From positions 11,532,001 through 11,596,000 of the forward strand of contig OZ004608.1 of assembly GCA_963924565.1 (NCBI GenBank): a stretch of DNA of 64,000 nt. Direction: 5' to 3'. The notes under the pieces are model-generated. The model ran no database searches, was not told where the DNA came from, and saw only the letters and a list, made by a program, of their open reading frames with translations. This DNA is from Ascidiella aspersa. Its lineage: Eukaryota. The first letter of the stretch is position 1; the number at the start of each line of letters is the position of its first letter. Below, one piece after another: positions 11,786-25,400 of the stretch. Both the position numbers and the translations under genes were made by a program.

Positions 11786-14700
11786 ATGTCAAGACATGAA
11801 GGTAAGTTTTTTACTTATATTATAATATTTACAACAGGTATTACGATTACCACAGTTTGCATTTTGACAAAAGTGTCTGTAATATAAGCATAGATTTTAA
11901 ATATATATTATTATATTTGGGGACAATTTTGCTACACCTGTGGCTGAACAAACGTCAGATCTTTTTAAAAAAGTGGTATCTAATGAGGAATTTTTTCCGC
12001 CAATCTTGTAAGGTTTGTTTCACCTTTACGAAGAAAATAACTGTATTCAAAAACAATTTCATGCCCCTTAAACAATAAGACATTTAACTAAATAAGGGAG
12101 TCTAAAGACAGTTTATGCGCAAATGAAATGAAATCAAATCAAATATTTTCCAATTGTTTCACTTTATATGATAGGAGTAAGTTGCGACAATTGTTTGATG
12201 AGCAACTTTGATGGCAAGAGATTCAAATGTCTAATTTGCTACGACTACGACCTTTGCAAGAGATGCCATGACATGAACGTCACTACTTCTAGGCACCTGG
12301 CATCGCATGCCATGCAATGCATACTAACACGCAACGACTACGGTGATTCATGCTTTTTATAACCGACTTATGTTGTTTGATTATTTTCTTATTAGTTGTT
12401 GTTTAACTTTGTTTAAAAATGTTGGTATGTTTTCTGTCCTAATTTTGTTTATAAAAAAGTACTTCTGAAAGGACAAGATTTAGATTCCTTTCCTAATTTG
12501 TCTTTAAAACATTTTTCATCCAGTATAGAAACCCTATACAAGATCTGTTATGTGATTGATTTACAGCTACTTATGTTTCAAACAACAATACATTTTTTAA
12601 TTCTTATTTTTCATTTAGTTGACCACTTTTAAAAATCAGAATTTTTGCCCAAAAAAATGACTTGTTTCATGCGGATCTATGAAGGTTAGGTTCAGGGCCG
12701 ATTTTTCAACTTAGGAATTCCCTCGATTTTTCTGGCGGTAATGACTAATGACATCATCTTTTGGTATGCTAATGTTGTAACAAAATAGGTAATCAGAAAA
12801 GAGCCATTTAACATCAAGCAAAAGCGACACTCCTGCCAGGCGCTAGCTGCAAAACCACTTGTTGTGCAATCGTGAACTTCTGTCGGGAACCTAAACCAAG
12901 ACTGAGAAATATATTTGATTGTTTAAGCACAAATATAATTTCTTTATAAGCAGCACAGTTAAAGTCCCATGCACAGTAGTGCACTAAGTTATGTGCATGC
13001 CTTTAGCCACCTACAAAACAAAGATCACCGCTGATGGGTTTAATTATGCCACGATTATTGCAACATATGCACTGTAGCTGTGTACCAAGTCAGCTAAAAA
13101 CCAAGCTGTGGTTGACGAAAAAAATAATTATGTCACACTGTGATGTGGTATTAGAATATGCTTATAGAGAATAATTTCTGCAGTATCTATCATTTCGTAA
13201 AAATGGACACCAATAAACGCTCAAGGCAGTAAGTTACACCACTAAGAGAATCTGCGTCAATTAGAGAGTCATTTGTTACACCAACAATGGGTATAAGCAC
13301 AAACAGCGAGCCAGGAACATTAGCTGCCCCTTACTCAAACAGGTTTAGCGAGAAAAACAAAAAACCTTCAGTAAGTGTTATCAATTGTGTACTGTCCTTT
13401 TATAAATTTGTGTACATGAACTCCTGTTTTATTGCAAAATTACTTCTGCTTACAAAATAAACTATTCTATCGCTGGTTAGGTGTGTCACTAGTCTATTAT
13501 TAATATAGCGGGCACATCTTCCATTGCTGATTCACCGTTTTTCTTTCAATAGGGCTTAACTACTTTTATACCGTTTTTTATTTGCTAAAAATAATTTGTG
13601 TCATATATATTAATAGAATTGTATTATGGAGGAGAAAACATAACCCCCGAGTCACCACCTTCATTTGTGTGTCCTTTCTGCACCAAGCTTGGGTTCACAG
13701 AGAGTTTGCTATATGATCATGTCACCAAGGACCATGCAAACTTACACACTGAAGTGGTAAGGTTTCCTCGCCAGGTTTTTCTCATATTTTTTATTATTTA
13801 AAAAAAATATTTAATTAAGTAGTTTTATAAATGTATTTATATTTTTTAATGTATCCCAATGAAATTTATTTGTTTGAATATTATTTATATATTAGTGTAA
13901 ACCATATTAGAAAGCAGAAAGTCTTATTCCTTAACAGTCCACTTTCAGTAGATATTTTACAATTACATAGAACTTGTCATATATGTTTATTTAAAAAAAA
14001 AATTGTGTTTAATTTATGCTTAGGCATGCAATATTTTTCCTTTTGAGTATGTCAGTGAGAACACAGACACAAAAAACAGCATAGTTTTTTATATGCAAAC
14101 ATGTTAGTCTTGAAACAATAAGACATCTAACAAAATTATCATATCATATTATGCAATTCTTGAGCTTGAATAGATTTTAAGAAAAGAATCAGACATCAAA
14201 TAAAAAGTATAGCTTTATTTATTGTGTTTAAACTGTATTATATATATTTTCAGATGTGTAGCTAAACCATGTTAGTTAATTCTTTTTTAACATAAAATTC
14301 ACCACAGGTATGTCCAATTTGTGCGGCTTTGCCAAGTGGCGACCCAAACCTTGTCACTGATGACTTAGCAGCTCATCTTACGATGGAGCATCGCACACCC
14401 CGAGATGTTGACGACCCAGTTGGGGGAAGACATATTCGTCGTAAGTTAATCATTCTTTGTTGCAGTTCTTGCTTGTCGTATGTTGCAGTTCTTGCTTGTC
14501 AAATAGCCATTACAACTTGTTTCCATTTAATAAAAATTTTGCCTTGCTTGTAACACTCTGGTAAGTTTGTTTTTATCATTGATTAGTATAGTCACAATAC
14601 CTATTAGCTGTCTGTGGTATTTTTTGGGAAGGGAGGGGGTTTGAGCCAATCGAACATTAATTTTTGTAAAAAGTAGTGAAAAATTAAAATGTAGTCTTAG

Positions 14701-17700
14701 TGCAAATCATTTTTTTTGTTAATGGAATTAGTTATCAGTGTATTTCGATCTTCATGCTATATTTTGCTATGTTTTCGTTTTATGCCTACCCTGCAACATA
14801 GAACTGGCCAACATTGTGTCTTTTTTGGCTCGTTCATATTCAGGCATGTTCTATCCAGGCCGTGGATTGCGACAGCGCAACCACCGAACCATGAACTTTA
14901 CCGGTGGCTCATCGGCGATTCCTGCTGTCGGCACAACTTCAAGCAACAACAACACAAGTGCCTCGGTGTCCACCTCAATGCGGGATTCCATGGACCCAAT
15001 TGCAGGTAGAGAGGGTGAAGCTTTAAAGAGTGAAATTATTCTTTTTTTAATTTTCAGCACAATTAATAGTAAACTACTTTCTGTAAAGTATCATTCAATC
15101 TTCCTACCTTAAACCTCAAACTTAACTAATTGAATTCTTATTTTCATACAAGCTTTTTTTCTGATTATTTTGGGCTAATGCAAATGAAATATGCCTCTTC
15201 TCCGAATTGATTACCTAAGCAAAACAGGCCGACCTTAGGTTTAATTTCTATTAAAAGTCTGATAAAGAAATTGATTTATTTGAGAAACTCGCCTGACTAG
15301 GAGATGAATTGTGGTTGCATTACTTTAAACATTTCAATACACATTTTTTGTCAATTAGCAACATTTTACTGTAACCATTGTCAACGAAAAACAAATAATT
15401 TTTACTGGCTTCCATTCTATCCTTTTACTGTCCCTAAAATATTCAAATGCTGTTAAACTTTTTGTGCTGCAATTTGATAAATAATTAATGTCATCGTGCT
15501 TAGATCGTTTGCTTGTTAATTAGTGCAAGGTGGCTTTTTATACAAACGCAGGAAATGATTGCATTTTCAGTTTATGTTGCACAAAAGACAAATATAACTT
15601 TGTGTCATTATTTCTATTGACGGTGTCGTTTATTTTGGGTTCTGTTGGCGAACTAGACAATTGGGACTACTTAACATTTAACTTTTATTATATATAAAGA
15701 AGAATGAAAAGATTACGTAGTTTTTTTGCGGTTCAATATTTAGTTACAAAGTAAAAAAAAATAGTCACAAGTTGAAGCTGCCAGCTAATTTAATTTGACT
15801 TTTTGTCTAGAGCTTCTTTCCCAGTTGAGTGGGGTTCGTCGAAGCGCCCAGCAACTCCAACAAACGGTCACGACTGCATCACAGCTGCAGGAACTCCAGT
15901 CACAGCTACAACTAGAACGCCAGCGGGCTGCTGAGATCCGGCAGCAGGTACCGGTACATGAACCCTTTTATTTTCTTAAAATTACAATATACAGTTAACA
16001 AGAAATTATTTATGTTAACATTTACAATTGAAAAAAACATTGTTTGACAATGTTACCAGGTGCATATAGTGCTTTGTGGGGTTTAACATTGTATACTCCA
16101 ATTTTCAGATTTTGAAAATACCTTGTTAAACAGTTTTGTTGGTCTTTATTTCTTGGTTTGTTTGTTGTCTTTTTTGTTTGTTTGGATATATATTACCTTA
16201 TACTTGTGCTTTAGTGCAATATGCCATATGGGTCAAGAGGAAGTAAACCAGTATAATTGTTCTTGGCCTAACTGTATTTCGTTATTTAAACAACAACGAA
16301 TATTGGTGTTGTAACACTCTAATATGCTATATTTTGTTGCCCCTCCAATCCTGCAATAGTCAACTTTAATTATTTATTATTTATTTTGTTAGAAACTCTA
16401 TCTTTTTAAACCTGGTGAATATAATGTTTGCTTTTGTAGACTTCTGTTTTTGGCTTATTTTCGTATCTCACTTAAAAAGGTAGCCTGTTAAAAACAAGAT
16501 TGTTTCATTATTTATAGCACTTTTCACTTGGTTACAGTTTATTAGTATGATGTGCTCTGACAGGCCTGCTAAAAATGACATTTCTATGAAAATATGATGC
16601 AGTATGATGCTTAATGACAAACAGTGATGCTAAATGTGCATCAAATGATAGTGTCAAACGACACATGTGCTGCATGCTGCTGACTATTTAAAGTGAGAAT
16701 GTGTGCTGAAAGTGACAGAAAAAAGTGTGAAAATCAGCTGCTAGCTAAAGGGGTTACAACTCAACAGAAAAGAAGTAAAGTGAAAGTTGCAGAGAACTCT
16801 CTATATAATAACCAGCTTAAGAAAAGACAACACTTTACTTGGTAGAAGAATAGAATTTGGTATGAGCAACTTATTCGAGAGCATATTTTCCTCATCGCCG
16901 TCTGCTTGGAATTGGTCTTTCAATCCTCAACAGCAAAGTATTCCTAAAAATCGATTTCAGCTTGGTTCCTGGGTGCCACAATATACTTTGACTGCAAAAA
17001 GTGAGGTGAAGAACAAATTGGTTGAAGATCCTATTGAAGCTTATCCAAAACCCAGTTTAGCTGATGTTGATGAGTACGGTTGGGTTCCTTACATCCCAAG
17101 ACGTGTCAGGATGGAAGTACAAGAAACTGATCACTACAGCGATGGCACAGAAGACTGGGATAGCATCTCAGATGACAATACAGTTGATGTGGAAATATTG
17201 GACTGGAATTGTGATGTGGGTAGACCGGAATCTTCAAATCAAACAAATGGAGAAGAAACAACAAGAGTTATTGGTGGTAGCTCTATACCCCCTCCCCCTT
17301 CTGCTGCTGATATACCTGATCCTCCCTCATCCGTGTTGACTCTTCGGCAAACCAACCCAACAATAACTGGCAGAACTTCAGGATATTCTAGACAGAGAAA
17401 CAATAGGCAAAGAGGAGGTAGAGTATCAGGGTCAGGAGCACAACTTGCTAGGATAATGCAAAACTACCGGGAATCAAGAGCTGAAGAAGATGCTGATGAG
17501 GATTCCTCTGTGGTTTATGTCTCGGATGATGACAGCCAACATTCTGCAGCTGTAAGTTAAAATGCGCTAAAATTTGTTTTGACAAAATGTTCTCCAGAAA
17601 TTGGAGGTATATGACACATTTCAGTTATAAAAGTATAACATGATGTTTCACTAGTGCAAAACTATATAAAAAATTATAAATATATAAAGCTGAACAGTTT

Positions 17701-20126
17701 TTATATCCCATTTAAGTGATCAAATTGCTCTTTATTTTAGGTAAAACCTTTCAGTACTTACTAGGTTATGTTATGTATTAGGTTTTGCATTTGATGATGT
17801 CATCCTTTGTTAGTCATAGAGGCCAGTTTTGTCACAAAGCCTTTTGTCATATTAACATGCATTCATATTTTTAGTTGCAGTAGCAAGTAAGCAATTTTGC
17901 CAGTAATTTTATTACTGTTGTTAAAGAAACCTAATGCCAAAACGAAAAAGATATTTGCCAGGGTCGACAGTTGGAAAGCCGAACCCTGTTAATGCTAGAC
18001 GCCCAAATGCCAATAACTGGAACTCAGCTGAAAAATTTGAGGCAGTTTCAGTGACTATTGCTGATTCTATGGCCATTACTTCAAATAGACCCCAGACACC
18101 CCCCAGAGTTCCCCAAAGAGAACCAATTGCAAGAAATCAAAATGTTGACACTGCTGTGGGCAGTAATCAACAAATTCCATTACCGCCTCATTCTGTACCA
18201 GCAAACTTCCACCAGATCAGTGCAAGTTTTATGGAGGAGTTGTTGCATGTTACAGGAAACGAAATACCAATGTTGCAAGAATTTGGCCCCCACAGACCAC
18301 CTGTGTATAGTCCAGAATTTCAACAATTGGTTTGTTGTATAAATTGCCATTTGTGTATCACTAAATTGTAAACTAACCAAAGTGAAATTGCCTATTGGTT
18401 TATGTAACAACTTTGAAGTTATATGCTGTACAATTTAGTGTAACAGATTAATCGTAGTATATAGATGCTTGCTTGAGTATTGTACCTCTTTATTCTCTAG
18501 CTTAGGTTATTAAAAAAGTTCAGTACTAGTTTTTTCCTTTGTAAATCAATTTTTGTGTTTTGGACATGTCAAGAATTGTTGTGGGCACCTTAATTGGGTA
18601 AATTTATGTTCATTTCCCAAGGGCTGTATTAATGAAAATTAAAGATATTAGGGATGTTGCTATTTTGTTGTTTTGCTTGTTGATGACTTTCAAAAAATAA
18701 ATAGGCACATTAGCATTAGGGTGTAAGATTATCGTTTTAAAAACTGTATGATTAGCGTTATACAGTTATGCTGTTTGCATTATAAATGTTACAAGTCTAC
18801 TTGCCTCATGTTAACAGCTCTGCAAAGATTGCTTATGTTTACTAACTAATTTTACTGTTTTATGCACCAGGAAAAACACTAAGAGATGACCTATTTTCAT
18901 TATCTAGCTATTTGCAACAAGAATATTGAATTCCACTACATTTGTTGTGACTCACAATTCTTGTCTTGCTTTCTATACAGCTGGAGCGATTCCCTAATAA
19001 GAGTCAAGTCGGAAATGGGACATCTCAAGGGATCAGTGTTCACCCAACAGTTGGGGCAGCCGTAATTGGTTCCAAGGCCACGTCAAGTAAAAAGTTATCA
19101 AGCAATGCTTCAGAGAGTGAAGACTCGAGATACTTGCTTTCTTGGTATGTACTTTCCCTTGTTTTCTGCTTAAAAATACACATATTTTCCCAAAACTATG
19201 CTTATAAGTCTATATATTTTTTGTCAAACAAAAAACAGTTTGATTTTTTGGCATAACCACCCCCATAGATAAAACAGGTTTGTAAGTGATAAAAGAAGCC
19301 TAAGAAGGCATTACTAAATATTCATTTTATTAAAGAAAAAAGTTTTTACCATCAAGTGTTCCTCTTAGCATTGTAATTGTCTCCGCATGAGCCAAGATAA
19401 ACTTATCAGAATCCTTTCTCCTTCAGTCTGGACGAGCCCAACCTTAGCGAGAGCGAGCGCGAAAAGCAGAACAGCGAGGATGTCGAGAGAGCTCAATTCG
19501 TCCAGGAACTCCTTCTTTCTCTTCTTTCATCCCACCCGAGCGACAGCCAGGAGCAGATCGGTTCCCAAGTCCAGTCCAGCCCTCGACCACTGGCTGTGGA
19601 ACCGGCCGTGCCCGCCGACTGCCCCCTGCTGGCCTCCACCCCTTCTCACGCCCCCGGCGCTGCTTCGGGACCCGATTCTTCGTCCAGGGAAAACGTAAAG
19701 TCGGAACAGTGCGCGTCGTTCAACTCCTCCAACAACCGGAACGACGACACCGGGGTCGGTAACTCGGTGCTGGCCGATGACGTGAACTCCCCAACAAGCG
19801 GCGCCCTGCTCGTCAGTTCAAGCGAGCACCAGCGTCAGCAGAACCAAGCCCCGCCTCTCTCGTCCGGCGCGGTCGGCTCGCGTTCAGCGCCCGTGCTTGG
19901 CGCCGGCGAGCAGCAGCGCAAAGCTCCCGAGTGGGGTTTTCGGGAACCGGCCGACCGCAAAGACAGCGACGATGACAGCGACAAGGCTCCCTCGCCGACG
20001 CCCAGCGACCAACACCGCGCCCTCACCCTACAGGGACGCGTACTCGTAACTGGAGGATCCCCTATCGGACTGCACGGCAACCGGGAAGAGGTTGCGTCGT
20101 CGGGTTTAAGCAAGCACGTGCGCTGA
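11786..20126 (+). CDS. KCMF1: E3 ubiquitin ligase KCMF1 (ZZ zinc finger + C2H2/Di19-type finger), ~539 aa
   Basis: Exons 11786-11801, 12175-12342, 13617-13756, 14308-14440, 14844-15005, 15811-15947, 18981-19144, 19427-20126; all GT-AG and in phase. Protein: MSRHEGVSCDNC..RFKCLICYDYDLC..HAMQCILTRND, FVCPFC, VCPICAALPSGDPN, RRMFYPGRG, MDPIAELLSQLSGVRR, FVQELLLS. An in-frame upstream ATG at 11759 would add 9 aa. Confidence 0.95.
16862..17551 (+). CDS. Candidate alternative KCMF1 exon A (230 aa, disordered)
   Basis: 257-codon ORF inside AT-rich intron 6 with protein-like composition. It ends at a phase-0 donor GCT|GTAAGT compatible with the exon at 18981. Confidence 0.55.
17934..18329 (+). CDS. 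Candidate alternative KCMF1 exon B (132 aa)
   Basis: ORF starting MPKRKRYL with an AG at 17925-26 just upstream. Phase-0 donor TTG|GTTTGT at 18329/30 is compatible with the exon at 18981. Confidence 0.5.
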
Positions 20127-22446
20127 GGCCGCCTGTGTGCTGTGACGTCACGATCTGCAGTGGCCAGCGACTCGACCCATTGCTCTTTGTGTGTGTATTT
20201 GTGAACTGTGCGATTCGCTCGCCACACCCGCCCCCCGTGCATGTGCTTTTCTCCATTGGGATCACACAGCTCACAAATTGTTGTCAGCGAACAATACATA
20301 TATACGAGTTTGTATCTCTGCGACCGATGTTATGCAATTTACGCCCGACGCGCCGCAAAAACCCGCGCGCGACACTCGCTGTCGTTTTCTTTCAATTTGC
20401 TTGGTGATATATATTATATTCGGTTTTATTTAGAACGGCGCTAAATTTTCGAGCGCCTCTTTTCGTCGTCGTTTCGTTTGTTTTCTCGGCACCGGGTGAA
20501 AAATCGTGAAAAAAGATCTAGCAGTTACGTTTGGACGAGAAATAATTGCAATGTTTTGTTTCGCAAACCAAAGTATCCAGTCGTTGGCCACAGAAGACAA
20601 AATCTTTTGCGATAGGCTACACCTTGGGCGTTTTGATTTACTTATACTTCGCAATTACAAAGGTATTCAAATGATTACCTTAAAGTATATTGGACCGTTT
20701 AGAGAGGCGAGATAATTTATAGGAAGCAGCCCCAAGTTCCTATACTTTTAAATTAGAAAGCTTTTAGTGCATCTTTATTGCTATATAGATCGTTATTCTC
20801 AAACCGTTGCTTAGGAGAATTGTGTGCTAAAGTGTGTTGCCTTGCCTTCTCTTTTGGCAGCGCTTTGCTTAGTCTGCTAAACACGCCAAAAACGATTAAC
20901 AACCTGCGAACGTCTTTTCTTGCGGAAGTCGCGTTATTTGGGTAGCTTTTTACCTGAGCGCAAACGCGTTTATATTCAGCGCGAAGAATGCTTTCAGAAT
21001 TTTTCGGACGCCGTGTAAAGTTCTTTTATTGCAAACAAATTTGGCGTTATTTAATTTTGAAAACTACGCGAACTTCATTGTCATCTTGGGTGATTTCCCG
21101 TGGCATGCTTTACTGGAGAATGTCTTTTCCGCTATTTATTTTGCGACGCTTCGATTTGAAAAGCACTCTGCTACTTTGATCGAACTGAAAGGTGAAAACA
21201 TTGTTCTTGGACGTATTACTTGTTTACGTAATGCGCGTGGCTTCGCTGAAAACGCACTGTCGGCGTCAACCCTACGCAAATTTTGCTCGAAAATCTTAAT
21301 TCAAATGCTGTAAGGATTGCGAGATCAAAAAAAAAGGAACCTTTAAATAACGTTTTCTCATATCCAACTGTGTGGCTCACCTACTACACTACGTCGAAAA
21401 AACTTGTCATATTACTAAGCACCTGTCAGCATCTTTGAATAATAGTAACGTAAAACACTTTTATCATTATTTTTTCATGTCCAAAACGTATATTTCTCAC
21501 CAATTCCTAGTGAGACCTACCTAGAGTATTTACTTTCACTTCGAAAATGATGCATGTGAGAGTAAAAGGCCACTGATCTCGCACTCGCTTGCCCGGTACC
21601 CCTCCCACTTTCTTAACGCGGGCTTTTTCGACGCCCCGACACTTCTACCGTATTTTTCTTTTCGCGTGGTTTGGTCTTGATTGATACACGAAAAAACAAT
21701 GGAAGACCCGTTTGATCATACTTTCGCTCTCTTTATTTTTAACCGGGGAAAATTACTATTTTTAGCACAGTGAAAGAAAGCAATCCTGCATTCAAGGGTA
21801 TTTATAACACGTGCGTCGTGCAAACATTGCTACATCGTTTTGGAGAAAAAAATTCAATGCTAGTCAGCTATGTAGGAACAGGCTGCTTAAAATTAAAGTG
21901 TTTATTAAACAACATAATTCGGCCGAAAAGCATATATGACTATTGACCACTCACCTAAAAATAGGTTTAAAATCGCAATGAGAGTTCCTGGTTCACAAAA
22001 AAACCGTTTTTTTTACAGTAATTCTAACTCAAATTGAAATAAGACTAGGGAATATAGTTTATAAAGTTGCCCCAGTGACAATAGTTTACATTGTTGTTCA
22101 AGTTTTACATTTAAACCGGAATGTGCCACTTGCATAACAGACCTGAATTTCCACCACCCTCTCCACTTCTGGTAGGATTTTTATTATATACGGGTGCAAC
22201 AAAAATATAAATATCGAAAAAACAACGTTTGGTTGTGAAAAAGGATGCATGATTGGAACTAAACATTGGGTGGCAATCATGTTACGTCAGAGCGGTATTT
22301 TTTATTTTTTATTTTTCGAAAAAAACGTCGCGAAAAATTTCTAAGTTAACAGCACTTATACGAAGAATAAAAGCAGGGACGACTCGCTGGCGCAGAGTAG
22401 TACAACAACAGAAAAATATCTCAAATACGAAATCTTGAACGGCCCT

Positions 22447-25400
22447 TCATTGAACACACGATATCTGAAGTAGCGTGTCCCAGTCGGTTGAAGATTGGTA
22501 GACTTCTCTTTCGAGCCAAACGTCGTACGACTTCCGAAATTCTAGCGGCAACTCGACCCTGTAGATAGTCGCGTTATATTATATTAATGAAGTTGAAAAT
22601 GCAATGAACTTTGGGTGAAAATGTTGTTTTTAGTCTAGTAAGGTGTAGCGTATCACAAACGCAGTTGCCGTAAGTATACGACGCCAGAAAAAAATAAAAA
22701 GTAAATCTTAACCAGAATTAGCACGAATTGATCCACAATCATTATTAATAAAATCGAATTAAAAAAAATACATTTGAGTTTTAAAGATAAGGACACCAAG
22801 ATCGGCATTTTCAAGCTGTTTAATTTACCTACATGTCTGAACATCTGTTTCGACTGAGAAAATAAAACACGCCGCGAGACAAAGACAAAATTAACTGTGT
22901 CTTTTCACTAAGTTGAAAATAAATAAAGACATTCGAAACGTTGAAAAATCTACCTACTTCTGTATGGGCTTTGATGTTAAAACAACGTTTCACTACAACC
23001 TCCAACCATTATGTCCCAAAATAAGATCAAAACTAGAGCATCATATCTCTCTAATTCGCCAACTGAATAAACAAAATTATCTAAGTCTGCTCTACAGAAC
23101 CGACGGTCGCATTTAAGGTTAGTTGCCCCTAAGACTCACTCCTCGCCGAGCAGGGTCTGCATGTTGTTGTTGACCGGCTGGTAGTCCTCCGTGGCGCCCG
23201 GGGTGCCGACGGGGGAAGTTCCCGGCGCCGAGACGGCCACCTTGTAGCGCCTTGCGTTGAAGCGCTCGACGTAGGCACGCAGAGCACACTCCTCCTGCTG
23301 GAAGTCCCACGGGCGTGCGTCCATGTCTGTATTGGAATTCACAGTTTTGTCACGTAAGTCGCATTACCTTTGGCTTGTGCCAGGGATGGCGAACCACTGG
23401 GTTATGAGTAGGCCTACAACATTAAAAAAACTAAAAGCATTTTGTTTATCGCTGTAAAGCGTTAAGGGTGGCGATTCTTTAAGAAGGGAAATTAAGAGCT
23501 TGCAGACTAAAAATTCTGAAAACCCAAGTTAAGTCATGCTGAAAAGCTTTCTGCTAAACTCCTGTAATCCCCTAAAAATGCTGCAGCATTTGTTGACTAT
23601 TTAGGTCCTTAATGTTCGTGGGAATCCGAATTGGGCAATCGTCCAAAAACCTTTAACTACCAACCTAGGCAATAACACTTAAAACGACGCAGCAGCAAAG
23701 TTTCGCATAAAATAAAAATATAAATAAATATATGACCCACTTGTGCATTTTGTAAGGATTAAGGTCGTGTTTGTGACCCGCGCGATAAAAAGGTTCGCCA
23801 TCCCTGGCTTAGGCTATACATACAAATATTTACGGCATTTGGTAGTAGTACTAGTTAGAGTTAGATCAATTATATTAATTCAGTTCAATTGCAATTACTC
23901 CCTTAAATGTTTCAATTAGATTACCATTGCAATTTACTAAGTTTTTTTTATTGGTGCTGAAATATGGAAAGCAATTCATTTTAAGTATAAACGGTTTTGT
24001 TTTGTTTGCAGAGTCTGGTCACCAATATGCAAAAGCCATTCCGAGCAACACATCATTCAATGTAATTTTGTATTTTTTTCGCTCTCCACCAATACAACCA
24101 AGCAGTGATTACGAAATCCACTTAAAATTCGAAACACTAACCGTTTCCGAAGGCCCAGTCGTCGTTGAGTCGATGCCGGACCTTCTGGTAGATGGCCGAC
24201 ATCGTCTTCATGTTGTTTTTGCGCCAAGCCCTGCCCAGGAACTTGGTCTGCACCTTGAGCAGCTTGAGCACGTAAAGCTGGAACATTCCCTGGCGGATTT
24301 TGAGCGCTCGCTTCAGGATGGGAGCCGACTTGAAAACCACCAGCATCTGTGGGAGGTTAATAGTATTGAATTAAATTGAAAATCGCGCACATATTGATGC
24401 ATACTGTGTGGGGCGATTTGTATCGTTTTATACTATCAGAAGAGAAATCCTCATGTTTAAGCACATGTTTTTTCACAAGACTACAATTTAATGGAAAATT
24501 TGAGGTCTACAAATTATTTTTATTGGGAGACTAACAATTAAAATCTTAAGTACAGGATTTCCTTTTTATAACATAAAAATAATAAATGTACGAGGATGGA
24601 CAATGGACATGTAGTTTCAAACATTTTGTAGTTTCACACGTTTTGCTATTGTTAATTGACTTTATGAAAAGCACACAAATTTCGAATTACACGACATCAT
24701 TTAATCTTGGAAAAAATATACTTGACAACAAATGTCCAAACAAATGCAAAATACGTAATAAGAATACCAAAAGCCCATACAGAAGTAGGTATCATTTTGA
24801 ACGTTTCGAAAAACTCTTTATTTATTTTCAACATGGAGAGAAGGCACTGATTGTAAGTGTATATATACTTCTGAAGCAGACGTAAGACACCCCGATTTAG
24901 ATAGTGTATCTTTCCTTGTTTTTGACGTCTGCCTCAGGCGTACATATAAACTTATAATGAGTGCCTTCTCTCTATGTTGAAAATGAATAAAGAGTTATTC
25001 GAAACGAGACTTGAAGCGATATGTACACACCATAGTCCTGGAGTGTTTCCACTTGACCAGCTTGTTGAGGATGCGCAGGAGGTTGATACTGGAGAAGAGA
25101 TTTCGCCAGCAGGGGGCGCTGCTCGTGTCCACGCCCTCGAAGCTCTCAGCCGTCAGTTCCTGCTTTTCGCCTGAAATAATTTGGTTTGTTTACTGGAATG
25201 GCTTTTTCGCGAGCAGTTCTGGTTGTTTTGCGAAAGTTGGCTTGGTTTACAGGCTCGTGGTTTGTTTTCGTGTTTTTTGCAAAGAGTATAAAGCGCTGGC
25301 CGGTAAAAATGCTGGGTAAAATTTGAAGCATTTTGCAAAACGTTAGGGTAAATTAGAGTAGCCGTTGCTGTAGGTAATGTTAATTAACGATGTAATGCAG

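Noticed and set aside
16540-16690. ATGATG/CTGA motifs suggesting an intronic C/D snoRNA
   Set aside because: No clear terminal stem or rRNA-complementary guide identifiable by eye.
19835-20444. Multiple overlapping ORFs around the KCMF1 end
   Set aside because: Shadow frames of a GC-rich exon and 3'UTR.
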